From Fimbriosthenelais zetlandica (taxonomy: Eukaryota): DNA of 64,000 nucleotides. A program made the translations under genes and the position numbers. The stretch spans positions 17,856,001 to 17,920,000 of the forward strand of contig OZ365115.1 in NCBI GenBank assembly GCA_977030845.1, read 5' to 3'. Shown here piece after piece: positions 23,801-38,800 of the stretch. Positions within the stretch are counted from its first letter, which is position 1, and each line of letters begins with the position of its first letter. The notes beneath the pieces were generated by a model. It had not been told where the DNA came from, made no database searches, and saw only the letters and a list, made by a program, of their open reading frames with translations.

Positions 23801-26800
23801 ATGACTAAGAACCAGAAAGCAGGGTAATTAATTGCTTCCAATTCCATGCCCGTCAATGGCTGAGTTAACATACAGAGATAGGACAGGAAGATTCTCAATC
23901 AGAAATACTCATAGTCTGAATATAGATGTATGTCAACGACATGATATACTGGCAGAGAAAGTTGAGAAATCTTTTAACAGGGACAAACTAAGTCTTATAA
24001 ATTAACTTGTGAAGCATAATACTTACCCTGAGGGCGAATGCAAAAGCCATAACTGAGTCGGAGACGAATTGAAGTTGTGCCTCAGGTACATAGCCATTTG
24101 TTCGGGTTTGTTTCTCCGTGCCATTACACAACTTTGAATAGTTCTGGTTGAAGGGCGTTTCTGTAATAAGAAATATGATTAATTTTAGTTTAATTTTCGC
24201 ATGATTCAACTTGCAGTGTTCAATTGGTCTTTGTTCTGGCATTTCACACCAGTGTACGCCACCCAATGTTAAAGAGTCTCCCACAATTGCAAGAAGGAAG
24301 AAGGAACCATACATTTGTACTGTGGTTTCGCATCAACTTATAGTGAACGGACTGTAGTTTGAGGCCTGATACTCTTAGCCATCTACCATTTTGATCAGAA
24401 TCTCATCACAAATAGGTTTATTTTCCTGTGCTTCAAATAAAGCAATATTCAGTATACAAGGCCTGTAGTTGATGCTATTATCTGTATTATATAGGTATTT
24501 TAATAGATAAGATGTCGGATCTGATCTAATCTAATGGTACTGTGGGATATTGGTTCTTGTTCTCAATGAATTACGACCCTATGTCTTCTTCCCATATCAA
24601 TCAATTTTTTATGTTCTCAGTCATTAGAAATTCGATCTTCACAAGCCAAAGCGTCCTTAGATCCAATGTCCATCGGTCCTCGGAATTTACTGTGAGAAAA
24701 ACTGTGTTCAAACACTGTCTTCTTATTGATTTGAATGGTCTCTGTCTTCGCTCAAAAACCTGATAGCCAGCAGTCTTTTCCCCCTTATCTGCTATTGGTA
24801 ATATTTGGGCTGACAGACGAGAAATGCCTTCTTTTAGACTCTCACAATTAATGTATTAAAAAGTTGATTGCCTGTCTGCCTGAGATGGAATAAAACCAAG
24901 GCCTTTAGAAGCTGTTTTGTTCTGGAACCAATTGGTGTCATTTCTCTCCTGTCTTCCTTTGCAAGCAATACGTTGTGGATTACTGGTTCTCGAACGGTTT
25001 TATTTTTGATTGTTGGTTTAGTCATGCCTTTCACATTTTTGTATTGGTACCTAAAGATTTTGTTTCTATGGAAAATGAGGGATTTGGAGGAAATGAACAT
25101 AATGTACTAACCTGAAGAATTGGGCAGACGACATTTAAAATAGTCCTCCCAGTATTCAATAAACCAGGGGTTGCGCATGTTCGTCTCTGGTCTCAAATTC
25201 AGAAAGTATTGCTCAAAACCACGGATTGGCTCAGCATAGGGCTGCACTGTCACCGCTCCTTCCACCTGGATAGCGAAATACAAACAAGAAAATAAGATCT
25301 ACCAACAAGAAACCAGCAACCTGCAATGATAGTACTTAGTATTTTATTTTATTTTTCAAATAATACCAGTCAAAATTGTTAGTGTTGATCATTCAACTAG
25401 GGGAAAACATTAGTGTCATGTAGTGTTTTATAAATGAAAAAACTTCAATTATTTACCTTAAAATACATTTGGTGAAAATTATAGAATAGTTAGCAAGTTA
25501 TTTCAAGAAAACATCTGTTGATCTCGGGATCAATGACGTCACTCACACTGCCAGTGGCGTCATCTGATGAATAATGTATACGCCTAATCTTCTCTATTGG
25601 CGGCAATGGAGATATTTGTTTGTATTTCGGGATAAATAAGTTTTTTGTTTATAAAACACCACAAGGATTTCTTCCCCTTTAAAAATACATTTGTACAGCA
25701 AAATGTCTAGGCCCACAAGGGATAGAACAATATGGTATGGATCATGCGTTTCAGCTTTGTGTATAGCCTACTACTGTTCTAAGATGGGAGAAAGTGTTGA
25801 TACATATAAACAAATCAGTAGATAACATTGATGTATAATCATGTCACATCATGTTTTTCTCACCTGAGCTTCATTGCCGTCTGATACGAGCACACGGCCG
25901 CCCCAGCCGTCTGATCCTATAAAGGTGAAGTAGCCAGTCAGGTTGTTCCTGTCTATGGCTCTCATTAATTCACCCACTTCTTGGTCCGACCCAAAAACTA
26001 TCACTCCTGAAATGATATACGTGAGCTACATCATAGAACCGTATAGGAAATGGTATAATAATAGCAATTATACACAACAGCCATTTAATATTAACTTTTA
26101 TGCAATCAGTATGAGGTAGATAATACATTCAAATTCAGCAAATACCGAGTCTGCAGCCAATATTATATGAATGAATAGATGAAGAATATTCTGGGAATGA
26201 CATAGTACCTCAGTGCTTCTTGCTCTAATTGGGAATATTGATCATATTTTAAAGAGTTTCATTCCAAACAAATAAAATGGTACCTTCAATGATAATTAAA
26301 CTGTGTTCGTATAATGGGAAATACAATGATCGTTAGATAATTATCTATAAATCTATTCAAAGACTATAGCTTTCATCTCAGGGGTCTAAGAGTAGGCCGG
26401 TAGATAGAAATGCTAGCATCCTTTGATAACCAATATAATAATGCACAAGTCTGGAAGAAAGTCGACATCACATCCATCAAATAATTAATTCTTGACTTTT
26501 CTCTATTCTAAGGATATCTATAAAGCCTTTTTCTCCGCTCAGTAGTCGGGGACTTCCATCAGGAGGAGAGCTAATGTATTTGTCAATTGCCTGCTTTGCC
26601 TTCTTCCTTCAGACATCACAGATGAGCTATATCAATGTAAAGAAGGCAGTTCAGCTTTAAAGAAAGACATCTCAGGCAAACTTCACATAGCTTCCCTCGA
26701 GGAGGAGGAGGAGGAGGAGGACTCCCCATTCCATCTTTACCTCAGATAAATGATCGCTATTGGAAGCTTCTTGTAATTATCCAACACTTGGTATTATTGG

Positions 26801-29800
26801 TATGCAACATCAAGCGGGAAAAACAAGAGGCGTTGGCGACACGGTTTATAACAATGCTGGCAACGTTTCAGAGATGCAAAACAATAGAAGGCACACATGA
26901 TTAGAAGTAATTAGTCTAAGGGATCAAACATCACACTCCCTATGGCACTTTAATCTTTATATTTCTAAAGAAATATTTCAGGGTAAATTAAGCCACCTGG
27001 ATATAACCCGACATCCACTGTACGATCTTTGAGAGCACCGATTTTTGTGATCGGCAAAAATCAAATCGTTACGGATCATTTCTCTATTGATTTACCATTC
27101 GGCACCGATCCCACGATTTTGGCATCCACCAGCCCGATCATTGGAACGGATCTTTTTATTTGGGTCCCGATCGATCGTCTGTGATCACTTAAGATCGCAA
27201 AATCGGGCTGGTGGATATGGGGCTTATAACTCCCACCTACAACCTCTTCCGAGGTCATTTTAGGATAAAGACGATTTATAAGTTTAAGGGATCTACTTCG
27301 TTAATAGAGCATGTTTTTTTAATCTCTTGGCCTTTATATTAGAGTATCCCATCTCGTGGAACTAGACCCGTGATATCATTATTCTTAGCAAATTGCCTCC
27401 ATCCGTAACCCCTGTAACTCTAGCTTTGTCACGGTAAAGTAGCTTAGCACGTTAGAGAGGAGATATCACGCTTTTAATGACCCTTCACTTCTTTAAAGTT
27501 AAATGAGTAATGAGTAATTATGGCGCGTTTTTTTGTTCTAATCCATTACAGATCTGCCTCTTGGTGACACCCAGTCTCTCTCATTAGTAAAGGATCACTC
27601 CAATTAAAGGAGGGGCCAGCGAAAAAATATGGGTCAGAAGTTTTATTCTTCTCTAGATGGATGAAGTGATAAAGTGGAGGAGAATTGCCTGGTGAATGAT
27701 CGAGCATTTGGAGGGCATGTATCTGATAAGATTGCTTGATAAAATGTGGCTTATCTCAGCCAAAAAGTATTTAATCTAGCCCAATATTGTGCAATTAAAG
27801 ACACATTTATTATTAAGCATTTCCAGGGGGACCTCTCAAATAATCTAATATGCTTATAATTTAATACATGTAACAAAATGGGATTATTTGTGGGGTGGGT
27901 GGTTAGATACAGTGCTGTTTAATGATGGTTGTAAACTAGTGTATTAAAATTATTATGTGCGCATGGTTGGTTTAGTACCTATTAAACCAATACATCATTC
28001 TTGCGTTTATAATAAATTGGCGTTTAAACGTTAGCAAGGAATAATACACCACGGTACAATGTCTCGGGAAATTGCTCGGTAAATCACGTATGAAATATGT
28101 GCGGAATTGAAATGTTGTGCAGCACAGCCATGATAAAAAACTTTCTAAGAGAGAGGCTAAGGAAAGTCGTGATGACAAAGGAGGGAAAAATAAAGATAAA
28201 TATTTTACCTCTTGTATTAGTTTTCTTCAGATCGTGCACGATTTTGTCATAAGCTGAAGCCACCGCTACTCCCGAATCTTTAGTCAGTTTGGCTGTGGTG
28301 GCTAAACAGATTCCTTCCTGCTTCAGTAATTCTTCTACTTCGGCAAACCCCTGAAAAATGATAGCGAAATATTAACAATAACCACGTGCTGAATATTGCA
28401 TAATATTTCCACAAAAAGATTCAAAATTTGCTTACCAAATTTCATAATGTATGAAATTATCTCAAAATGATTCAAAATTGAGCATATTTTATGCACCAAT
28501 TTGACATAGGAAAATGTGTGGGAAAATGAATGAAACATAGAAAAACAAACCATTTGGCCGTATGAACTCTCCTCGTAGACGCCAGCCACGTATGTCCAGT
28601 TGAAGAGCTTGACCAGTTCCACCATAGCCTCAGCCTGGTTCTTGTCAGATGGGATAGTTCGCATGAAGAATGGATACCGCTGCTCCGAACTGAGAGCTGG
28701 CGATGAGGAGAAGAAGCTCACCTGTGGTCAAGAATCAGTCCAACAATTAAAGACAGATAGCAGGGACCTATTACAAAAGAAAAATTATCAATGCTAAGTC
28801 TATGGCTAATTTTTGTTTTAAAATGGGCTCCAGAACACCGGTATGTATCATCTGCATGTCCCACCATTCCTGGGATCTAAACATGACTTAGCAACTAGAC
28901 TTAGCACGGCTGTTATGAAACAGGGCCCAACTTAGGAACATGATCTAGGCCTAGCTATATGACTGAATCCTTGACTGAGTGGCTACACGGACCAGGGGCC
29001 TATTTCAAAAGAAAAATTAGCAATGCTAAGTGTATGCCTAACTTGTGTTTTCATATGGACTCCTGGAGCCAATTTCAAAACAAAAATTAGCCATAGACTT
29101 AGCATTGCTAATTTTTCTTTTGAAATAGGCCCCTGGAATCAAGATGGGCGGGGTGAACAAACAGTAACATATTAACCCTTGAAAAATATACAGGAAAGAT
29201 ATTTCAAATTAGATTCACTTTTATGAATGAAATCAAAATGCAAACGTTGCTGATATAGGTATAGGCATGTATAGTCTGCACCCCAAGCCAGATACATGAT
29301 TGCGGTACATCCCTGAAGAGTGTGTCAATTGACAAGCAATAAGACCTCTACTTCGTGCAGTATTAAATCCCAGAAAGTACAGGAGTGTCGGGGGCCTCTG
29401 GTATTTAATTCCAATCACATAGGAGACCATTGTCAATATTGATATGTACACAGTTGTACTTCAAAGATGATCTTATTTGATATTCTGGGCATAGAAAACT
29501 GGAATTTTCTGCCACAGCTTGGAACACATCAGTAGAATGATAACCCTTAGGTCCTTGACCAAAAAAACAGGAGCCATGCCCCACTATAGCAGCAGCCCAC
29601 GAATTTCTTTATCTTTTTGTCATGTGAAAATACTACAGCAATCTTGTTTAGCTGGTTTGTTCTGACCTTATTGGAAATGGGTAAATCATTCAATTCATGT
29701 CCCGTGAACAGCAATCTGAGGTGATTGAGGTCCAATGCCTTTATAGCTCACTCACGAGTGGAACTGCATATTGATGCACATGTGGCTAAGTAACATCCTC

Positions 29801-32800
29801 AAGCCTATCCATTGATTCAGCAAAATTCCAAGCACTGTGGCAGTAATATGTAATTGGCTTCATAAGGCTGCATCGTCCTATCTAACATGAAATGTACCGG
29901 CTTGACAATTGAGCATAGAAATTATTAGTTCTAGCAGAAGATATTAGATATTGGCGTGCCACCTCACATTGTGGGTGGCACGGCTCCGCTTAGACAAATT
30001 CAAAACATTTTGATGGTGGGGATGTGTACAATTTTCTGGAGGGGGTGTGTATACACAGGTTGTCTAAACAGTGGTCTACACAACAGTTCACACTTGTCCA
30101 CAATATTAAGTAGTTAAACTTCCTTCATAAATAGTAAGGATTGTGTATGAAACATTTTGATGCATCTCCATATAACTCTGGAGAGTACAGCTAATAATTG
30201 GCTGAAGGTACACAGAATTTATTAGGTCCTTATTTCTTTTGAATATCTACAACAGATATTCACATCCCATGAGCTGGATTAGTGTGTATTATTTACACAA
30301 TTTTGATAGTATCCAAAACACCAGGTTTTACATTGAATGATGATCCATTTTGAAAATGTGAAATGACTGCCTTGGTCTTTTTTTTTCTAAGCAAGCAGCA
30401 ACTGTTACGGTCGAACTGGTCCACAAGCTGTTAGTAGAGAGAGAAGCTGTAAAGAAGGATGAGTGTAAGTTAAATGAGACAAATCCAGGCAAAGCTGACG
30501 TCCCTTCACTTTTATCAGACAAGTCATCAGAGCATAGAACAGACGGGTCATCAGACGTGCGGTCCAAATAGCATATAAATTAAATGAGACACGTTTTCAC
30601 AGGGCTCAGTCATGCTGGACATAAAACGGTATTAAAAGCGGACAGTTAAAACAAGACAAAAGATGGGCTTTGTTTATAGGCCTGAACAGTGGGTGATGTT
30701 CCATCCCAAGCTCAATTTAACTGTGAAATTAAATGGCTTTCTGAAGTGGGACGCGAGTAGGCTATCAGGCATCAGGCATAGATTCAGTATGGAGTCCTCA
30801 TAGGAGGGAATGCTGGGATTGCATCAGAGGCAAAATTCTCAATTTTCCTATCAGCAGAGGAATTTTCGGCAGGACATTTCGGGTCAGCCTCCTGTATTCA
30901 ACTTGGGGTAGGCTGGTGATTAAGGTAAACCATGTGATTGCCTATAAGATCCCAAATGACCTTGGCAGGCTCATTTAGCCTGATAAGATCACACAAACCA
31001 AACGTACCAGGTTAACTGGAAATTGAATCCACAAAATTGGGGATGATGTTGACAGCCATATATATGAGCTGCAGCAGCACTATTTTGAGCCCCTGCTTTT
31101 GGCATTGACTGATACGTTAAATATAAGCTTATGTTGGTCTTCTATTTTACTGCAGTATTGCAATCAGAAGGGAATAATGAAAATCACTGTATAGTAGTAG
31201 TTAGAATCCCGTGTTTGTCCCTTCACTATTTGAAAGGATTGTAATTGTGATTGAATGGGATTTAACATCACTTTCAACGATTTTTTTCAGTTATATCATG
31301 ACTGTGCCTATTTGTGACAGTGAGCCCAATGCTCTTTTATAGTCTTTGGGTTATATGAAATGTCTCCTGTCTTAAAAAAAATAGTATTCTTGACTAGATG
31401 ATGAACGGGTATGTAAGAATATGTTATAGTCAGTATATATTGTTCGATTTAAAGAAGCAGAAGAATGTATACATTTCGAGGATACCATCAGAGTGGGGAG
31501 GGCTTTGTCTGCTCGTTGCCAGCCTATTTGAGGAGGACTTGATATAGAGGTTACACCGCCCTCCAGGGAGTAGCATCGTCAATCACCACGTGACCCCGCC
31601 TGGCCAATGAGAGGCCTAGGTTGGCGGTGTTAGACCAAGCCAGCGGATTTACAGTTGGGAGCTTCCAATTAGGATGATTTCTTGGGGTCATGTGACCGGC
31701 CGGACAACAATTATGATCGATTACTACAAACGATACCCAAACCAAATATAGCAGCTATAGGGACGTTTCTCCCAGTTAAGGTGGGTGAAAAAACCAAATA
31801 AAAAACATTTATTAATGAATATTTGGTTTGCATACATGTACTGCGTTGACTTTTCATTTGAATCAGTACCTTCAGCTCGGCTACCTAGGCCTTGTTGGAT
31901 ACATTTCATGTCCTATTTCAGAATTCTTTTCTACACCCTATACTCGAGGTCTCCTTGAATGGAAAAGAATGACCGGTCCCCAAACGAAGATACAGTGGGA
32001 CGCAGCAAATCCCTTCCCCCTCCTTAGACTATTTCTCTGCTGGAAGAATGAGTAAGGGATTATTTGTAGAAGAAGAAATATGACCATAGATCCCTCTTGC
32101 AAATGACAGTGTGGATTCTCTGGCCAGACTCATTTCGGAGTCCATCCATAACGTGGAATGTGCAGCTGATACTATTGCCAAGTCCCATTGAGAGGTGTAA
32201 ATGCTCTCTGTAACAATGAATCAAGTGTACTTTCAACATTAAAGTCAAGGGATAGGACCAGGGTGGGTGCAGTCGGGGTGTGTATACGGACCTATAATTA
32301 TAGCCAAAGTATAATATTTAAAAACCGATATCAAATCTGGAACATGTTCAAAATAGGGCGGTAACCCTGTCAACCCATGTATGAAGTCTGGTCCAAAGCA
32401 GAAGGTGTAACCCACACATAACATCTGGCTATATAAGGGTGTTCTTCCATGTTCAGAAAGCTGATAATTACATTAAATTTAAAAAGAATTATCTTCTAGA
32501 AAATATTCTCTCATTTAAAAGTTCCCTGACACAAGCAAATAGCTTTCAGACTGCAGCTTAAAGAAAATACTTCTTAGTGATTGATAACGTTACACGAGGA
32601 AAGTTAGCACCTTCCAAATTAGGTTTGTTAAAAGCCCTGCTCAAAAACAGAAAGGTTTTGAACTATTGAATAGATCGTGGAAAGTAGCAATCAGCGAACC
32701 ATGTTGTGTCATGACCAATGTGTTTCTGCGTGGGCTGACCGGTGAAAATGGCCAAAGTACTGACAAACTAGGCAAAAATGCACCACCTTAATGACAAACC

Positions 32801-35800
32801 AAGTGTGAGCCTGAAAAGAAAATGACGTGAGAATAAAAATAGGATAATAAGGACCCAGACATTGAGGCATTCAAAAGGACTATATGAATATCCAAACCCT
32901 GTCAAAAATCTTTTACTCTGTTTCATAACAAAGTGTTGGGTCTTATACTTCAAGAGGAGGGGAGTTAGCTCAGTTGGTAAGAGCGCCAGCTCATACAGGC
33001 ATGGTTGACCAATGATCGAAAGGTAGGCGGTTCAATCCCCTGAGCTGTCCAATGGATTTCCAATGCCTCCCTCTTCAGGGTGTTGGCGTGTTGTATATTA
33101 TGGTCTAAAGCACATGCAAATAAAAATATCCATTGCACAGAAGGCAATGTAGTAATGCACATAGAAAAGAGCCCCCAGCTGAAAATCGTACAAAAGCTTG
33201 AGTAATCAAGGGTATAAGCTGGTATCCACCCATAACAGGCTCTGTAAAAATTGTAACTAAAAAAATACTTGTTTGTATATCCCCTACTTTTCATGCAATG
33301 ACACACCATGGCAATTTCCCCTTACCTTGCAATAGGTCAACTCATTAGAAAACACCTCAATATTTTAGAATATATAAGGGGACCACCCTGTCCCAACTTA
33401 AATACATCACAATCTTTCTATAGGTCTCCAGAGACTTCTATAGACTTCTATAATGCCTTATTAACCCAAATAAGGCATTATTAACCCAAATAAGGCATAC
33501 ATTCTATAATGATCAGGATCCCATGGGGCCATGATCTGCTTAATGTACCCCAGCCCCATCCTACCGGCATTCGTCGAGCTCTCACATTTTTAATCCCTCA
33601 AAGTACTGCCAAGGCGTCCTCATTACCCTTAACTTGCTTTTGTCGGCTCCTGATTTAAGGACGCTAATCCCATGTTCTCATGCCTTTAACGCCTCTTTTT
33701 CACCTCGGTGCAAAAGTCATAACATCCTTGTATGGGAGATTTGGCTCCTTCAAACTGCTCTTTACTGACATTTGGTATTTGTCAGAGGCTCTAATTCTAT
33801 TAGATCATCTCTGTCAATGGCTTCAATTACCCTCAATCAAAATCTTTTGTCCCCCGCCGATATTCAACTTTCGAGGATCCCAAATGAATTACAGGCAAGT
33901 TGGTAGTCTGCACAACCCGAAAGATTGTTTGCCAAGTGCAAACTCATTCAACTACAATGTGACACATTTCATTAAAAATTTGTCTGACTGTAAAAACTTG
34001 AAATAATTTATACAGCATCCTGTTCAGGATACAACTGCATGCCTTTGACAAACATGTAATTTAATGGAACTTTTTCAACAAGCAACCATGGCTCTTGAAG
34101 ATCCGAACATTTTTCATTCAATTCCTAGACGATCCTTCAATATAAAACTATTTGGTATTTTTTTTGCACTGGTACTGCATGCGAAACGTCGGTTTATTTT
34201 TTTATTGATGGAATTTCAACCATAGTATTTACAGAGAGGAAAGGCATTTGGAACCTGCAGATTCCTCCTCCAGCCTGGAGTTGGGGAATCCCTCACGTGC
34301 CAAGTATTTGTTTCCATCCTATAAGATGTGTATGTCATCAGTTGATATGTGGCAGTGCAGGAATGGGCGCCATTTTCTACAGTCGGCCTAATCTGATCGA
34401 ATGGCAATGTCAGCAGGACCTGTTCCTAATTAGACCAAGCATGAAAAATGCTGGCACCATCTCCCCCCGCCATAAGATTTAACCATATCTCTACATCTTA
34501 TGTCACATTGACAGTTGCTGATGCCAGACAAGTCACTCTATATTCATAAATCGAGGAGAAAGGAAAACAACAGGTCGCTGAGCATATCAAATGATTGACG
34601 CTTACCGTTATACATTGGGAGCCAGAAGAGTATCTCACCCAATTTCCCAATTTATATAACTCGTATAGCCTACGTTCTGGAAGACCATATTTGGGTGAAA
34701 AGGCCAAGACAATAACAATCCTGGGCAGAGCTCCCACAAGTCTGGTTAATCAAATATCTGGCTACTTTCCCAGACATGTTCCAGGTATACTACTGTCGGT
34801 TGAGGCAAAGTCCTAGAACCTAAGAGCCCACGGATTTGAAATTTCTTTGAATCACAATATTATACCTTCCCGAATCAAAGACGTGACCTTTGATACAGTA
34901 GGATCAACTTCAGTGCCTGGGGACGTGTTTACAATAGCAGCAAAGGTAAGGTATCCAGGGAGACAGGATGCTGCTAATAAGGCATGCTTTAGAATCTAAA
35001 AGGCTAATCAAACTGACCCCCAGGCCCATGGGTCAGTGACTGGGCAATAATTGGAGCACGTTCAGGGCTTACAAGCCTAAATCCCATTACTCGCAAAGGG
35101 TTCTCGAAGGTTTCTATGTTAAGAGCTAAACATAAGATGGACTTTGATAGAGCAAGGCCGACCTTATTAGGATAGTTTGTTGAGAGTTGAACTCCCCTAT
35201 GGGGGGAGTTTCTATAGTGTGGCTCCAAAGTCCAATATTTCAATGTAAAGATGACTGGGTGGAGGTGGTGCCTCTCATCCTATAGCTGGTATTCTTAGAT
35301 GTCAGGGATGTAGAGAAGGTTGGTGAAGGTAACAATCACTGTCTGAAGTCTGGCTAATGTATGGCCAGGCATCAGACACAGTCTCTGATGTATGATGCAC
35401 TTTTTAAATTTTTTTCCCTCCTAAAACTTTTCTTTGTAGGAAAAACAGTCTTCTACAAGAGCAGAAGAACACACACCTTGCAGTAAATTAGTTGCAAAGG
35501 TTGAATTGAAGATGTACACTGCTCCTGCTACAGGTTTTGAAAACTTTATTTTACTTACTACGTACGCCCTTCGGCGTTTTATGAGGTGGTTTATATGCAA
35601 CAGTTTCTATTGAATCACAAGATACATTCCTCTCATTGTCGGTTGGATTTTTCACAGACCTCATAGTATATTACAGGATTACAGGACCGTGCTGTAAAAT
35701 GTCCCTCATTTACAGGGGGTCTTGTAATCATTTCCATAGGATTATAGGCCAAATTACAGAACCGACTAATTTCCAGACGATTGTAAAAGATCCCCCGTGC

Positions 35801-38800
35801 AATTCGTGCCAACTGGGCAAATCAGGCTAATAGAAACCGTGGATTACAGGACCCCCTGTAAATTTTACACGACGGATTTGCTGTGTATGTAGTTCTGAAG
35901 TTACTTCTCTTCTTCTCTTTCTTAACTACACTTAAGAAAAGCCAGTTCATTTCTTTTCAGTGGACGTGATTCTTGATTTTTTAAAGCCTTGTCTTCCAAC
36001 AAGTGAATTGAAAATATCTTCATTATGTGCTGTTCTGAAACCCTTGCTTCTTTGTCTTTGCAAACCTCCTTTTACCGATATCTGCATTTATTTCCATTCA
36101 GCTTCCTTGACGGCTTGATTGCGCCTTTCCTATGCCTGTCAGCAATGGGGTCTATCGGTAGTATTTTGGAGGCAATTGGTTAATGAATACAAACCATTTT
36201 GTGATCGGTGCAGGATGCAGGCAGCGATAACAAGTGCAATTGTCACTGTTCTGCATGATACTTTCAGCCCAAACCAAGCTACATTCATATCAAATTCAAT
36301 TAGCGTTGATTTCTGATGTTGAAAAAGCCTGGAAAAAGTCCCATTGTGAGAAATTCAATTGGGATCATGCCTTGGATAATAAAGCTCAATAATGCGTGTA
36401 CAGCCTTTACTCGATTTTCCATTACAAACTAGAGTACATTCGGTTCAGGATAGTCCTGAGTATACATTAGGAAATTGGTGCATACGTTTTACACCCGAAG
36501 CTCTATTAGAAGTGATCCTTGGTTAGAAAGCAAAGGCCTCGGTGATTCCTGACTCGAATCACAGAGCTGGTCATTGCCTGAAATATCACCTCTTTCCATA
36601 CATTTGCTTCAGGTTTGCCATTTGGAATTTGACCAAAGGAAAGGCCAAGAGGGGCTAGTCAGAATCCCAAGTAAAGGCTGATTAGATTAGGTACTTTTCT
36701 ACAGAAGCAAAGGTTTTCCACTAATGATACTATATATGCGGGCTGGAAACTGGGAGATGTCTGGTATGGAATAACATTGCATCTTATGTCAGGTTCAGGT
36801 ATACGACCTGAACACAGAATGTGACACGGTCTTCACACATTACTCTGAATGCTGTTGAAGCAATTCTTACTACATTATGGACCAACAGAAGAATTAAGCC
36901 TGGAATACACTAATCCGATTCTACAATCTGTCGCCATCCGAACCTCCATTTCTATTGGCATCCAATGATTGAAATTTTGTCGGTAGTTAGCCCTACCTAG
37001 GTGTAATTGACTGTTCAAATTACAAGCATTTGGTGTGAGCAGAAACATAGTTTTGGAGAGCTATCGGATGGATCCGGACGGAGAATCGGATTAGTGTGTT
37101 CCAGGCTTTAGTAGCAGAACGGTATACGAACCAATCTATGACGATGAATTTACGAGACCAGAAATAATGTCAAAAAGACCATTATCGTTGTTTATTTTAC
37201 AGAATAAATCAAGAATATATGATGGTCCATTCAAGGGATCCACTCTCATAAGGGCATTTTAGGGCAACATGTGAGTGAGGCAATACTTTGATGGGAAGGT
37301 CATAATGCCTGGATTATTCCCATAAAACGTTGCCACAATAATCAGCAAAGGGTTGGAGTCATGATGTACTCTCTCCCACTTGCTTCTCCCTTCAAAGTGG
37401 GTGCCTTTCATGACAAGGCAGTTTGCACTACTGTAATGGACCCGAAGGGCTGAACCAAGCATCACATAGGTTGGTGGTACTTATACTTATAGGGTTCCAT
37501 ACTCCACGCACATTAAAACTTGGGGGTACGCTGTCATGCCCCTGATAAGAGATTCCTTTTGATGTATGGCCTCTTCCAGGTTTTCACTGCATGACATTTA
37601 CCGAGCGTGCAGGTGGCCGTAGTGAGTCCATATCGGGTGTATGGGTGATGATAGCCTCTCAAGCTCAGAGCAAGTTCTTCTGAGTAAAAGTCAAAGTTCA
37701 CTAGCGAGATTCTCAACCTTATCAAAATTCACTCCGACCACAGGTTCCTTCCTACTTGTGGTGCTCAAGGAATGGTTCCCACCAACATAGTGTCCAGGGT
37801 CTGCTTTGTCTGGCAGGAAAAAAGTACAGGTCTTTGTTCTGGCTTCAGATTTGTGTACGGTACTGAATATTGCAGCATATATATACTGAATATAGATGTT
37901 AAATTCTAGGTTAGTGATATCTGTTTTGAAGGCATTCTACTAGTACCAGATACCATTCAGCCAAAGCAATATTGAAGCACAATACACAGAATGGCTTGGA
38001 CCCTATTTTGTGCAGTGACCATGTCAAACGACCTCTGGACTGCTTCTCTTGATTGGTGCCAAACCATCATCTATCTCCCAAATGCCTGTCACCAAATGCA
38101 ATGGGAAACACTGGCGAAAAGCTCATCGTTCCAGTGAAATTGGAAAAATCGCTGGAGAAGTTAATAGACATTTATAATTGAAAATTCAGCTAACACCTTG
38201 CCATTACGATCAACTTAAAAACACATTATATCAGACATATGCTCCCGATGTCAGGATAACACTGAAGCTCACGTCTTCATTACAACCATTGATCGAGCCT
38301 GACAGGCTTATTTAGCAGCATGTTAGATCGCCAACATATCTCCTAGCAGCGATATAAAAAGCCTGATGCCTATCCCATAGTTACTACCCATACTGGCTTG
38401 AAAGTGTGAACGAATGGAAGCGCAGAGGAGCATGAAATAGAATCAGAACGCCCTGACCGTCAATTGTGGCCAGGTCACGTCCAGCACTTAGGTCACCAGT
38501 GCGCATGACCAGCCATGGTGACGTCGTCCTTTGCGTCCCACGCTTATGATAAATGCTTTTAGCGGTAGGTGGCGGGAGGGTAGGAGATTCTGACTGCAGG
38601 CAGAACTCTCCTCGAGTAGCTCCCTAGCCTCATTCAACGTAATTGCTGCATTGTTGGAAGAAGGCAAGGCAGTGCTGCGGGGTACAATGTAACGTCTCCG
38701 CCTGGCAAAGATTCTCGACTTAATTGATGCCCTAGGGTAATTCAGCAATATACCTGTTGCATTGCTATCCACATTGCTAGCAGTATTGCAAACATATAAT

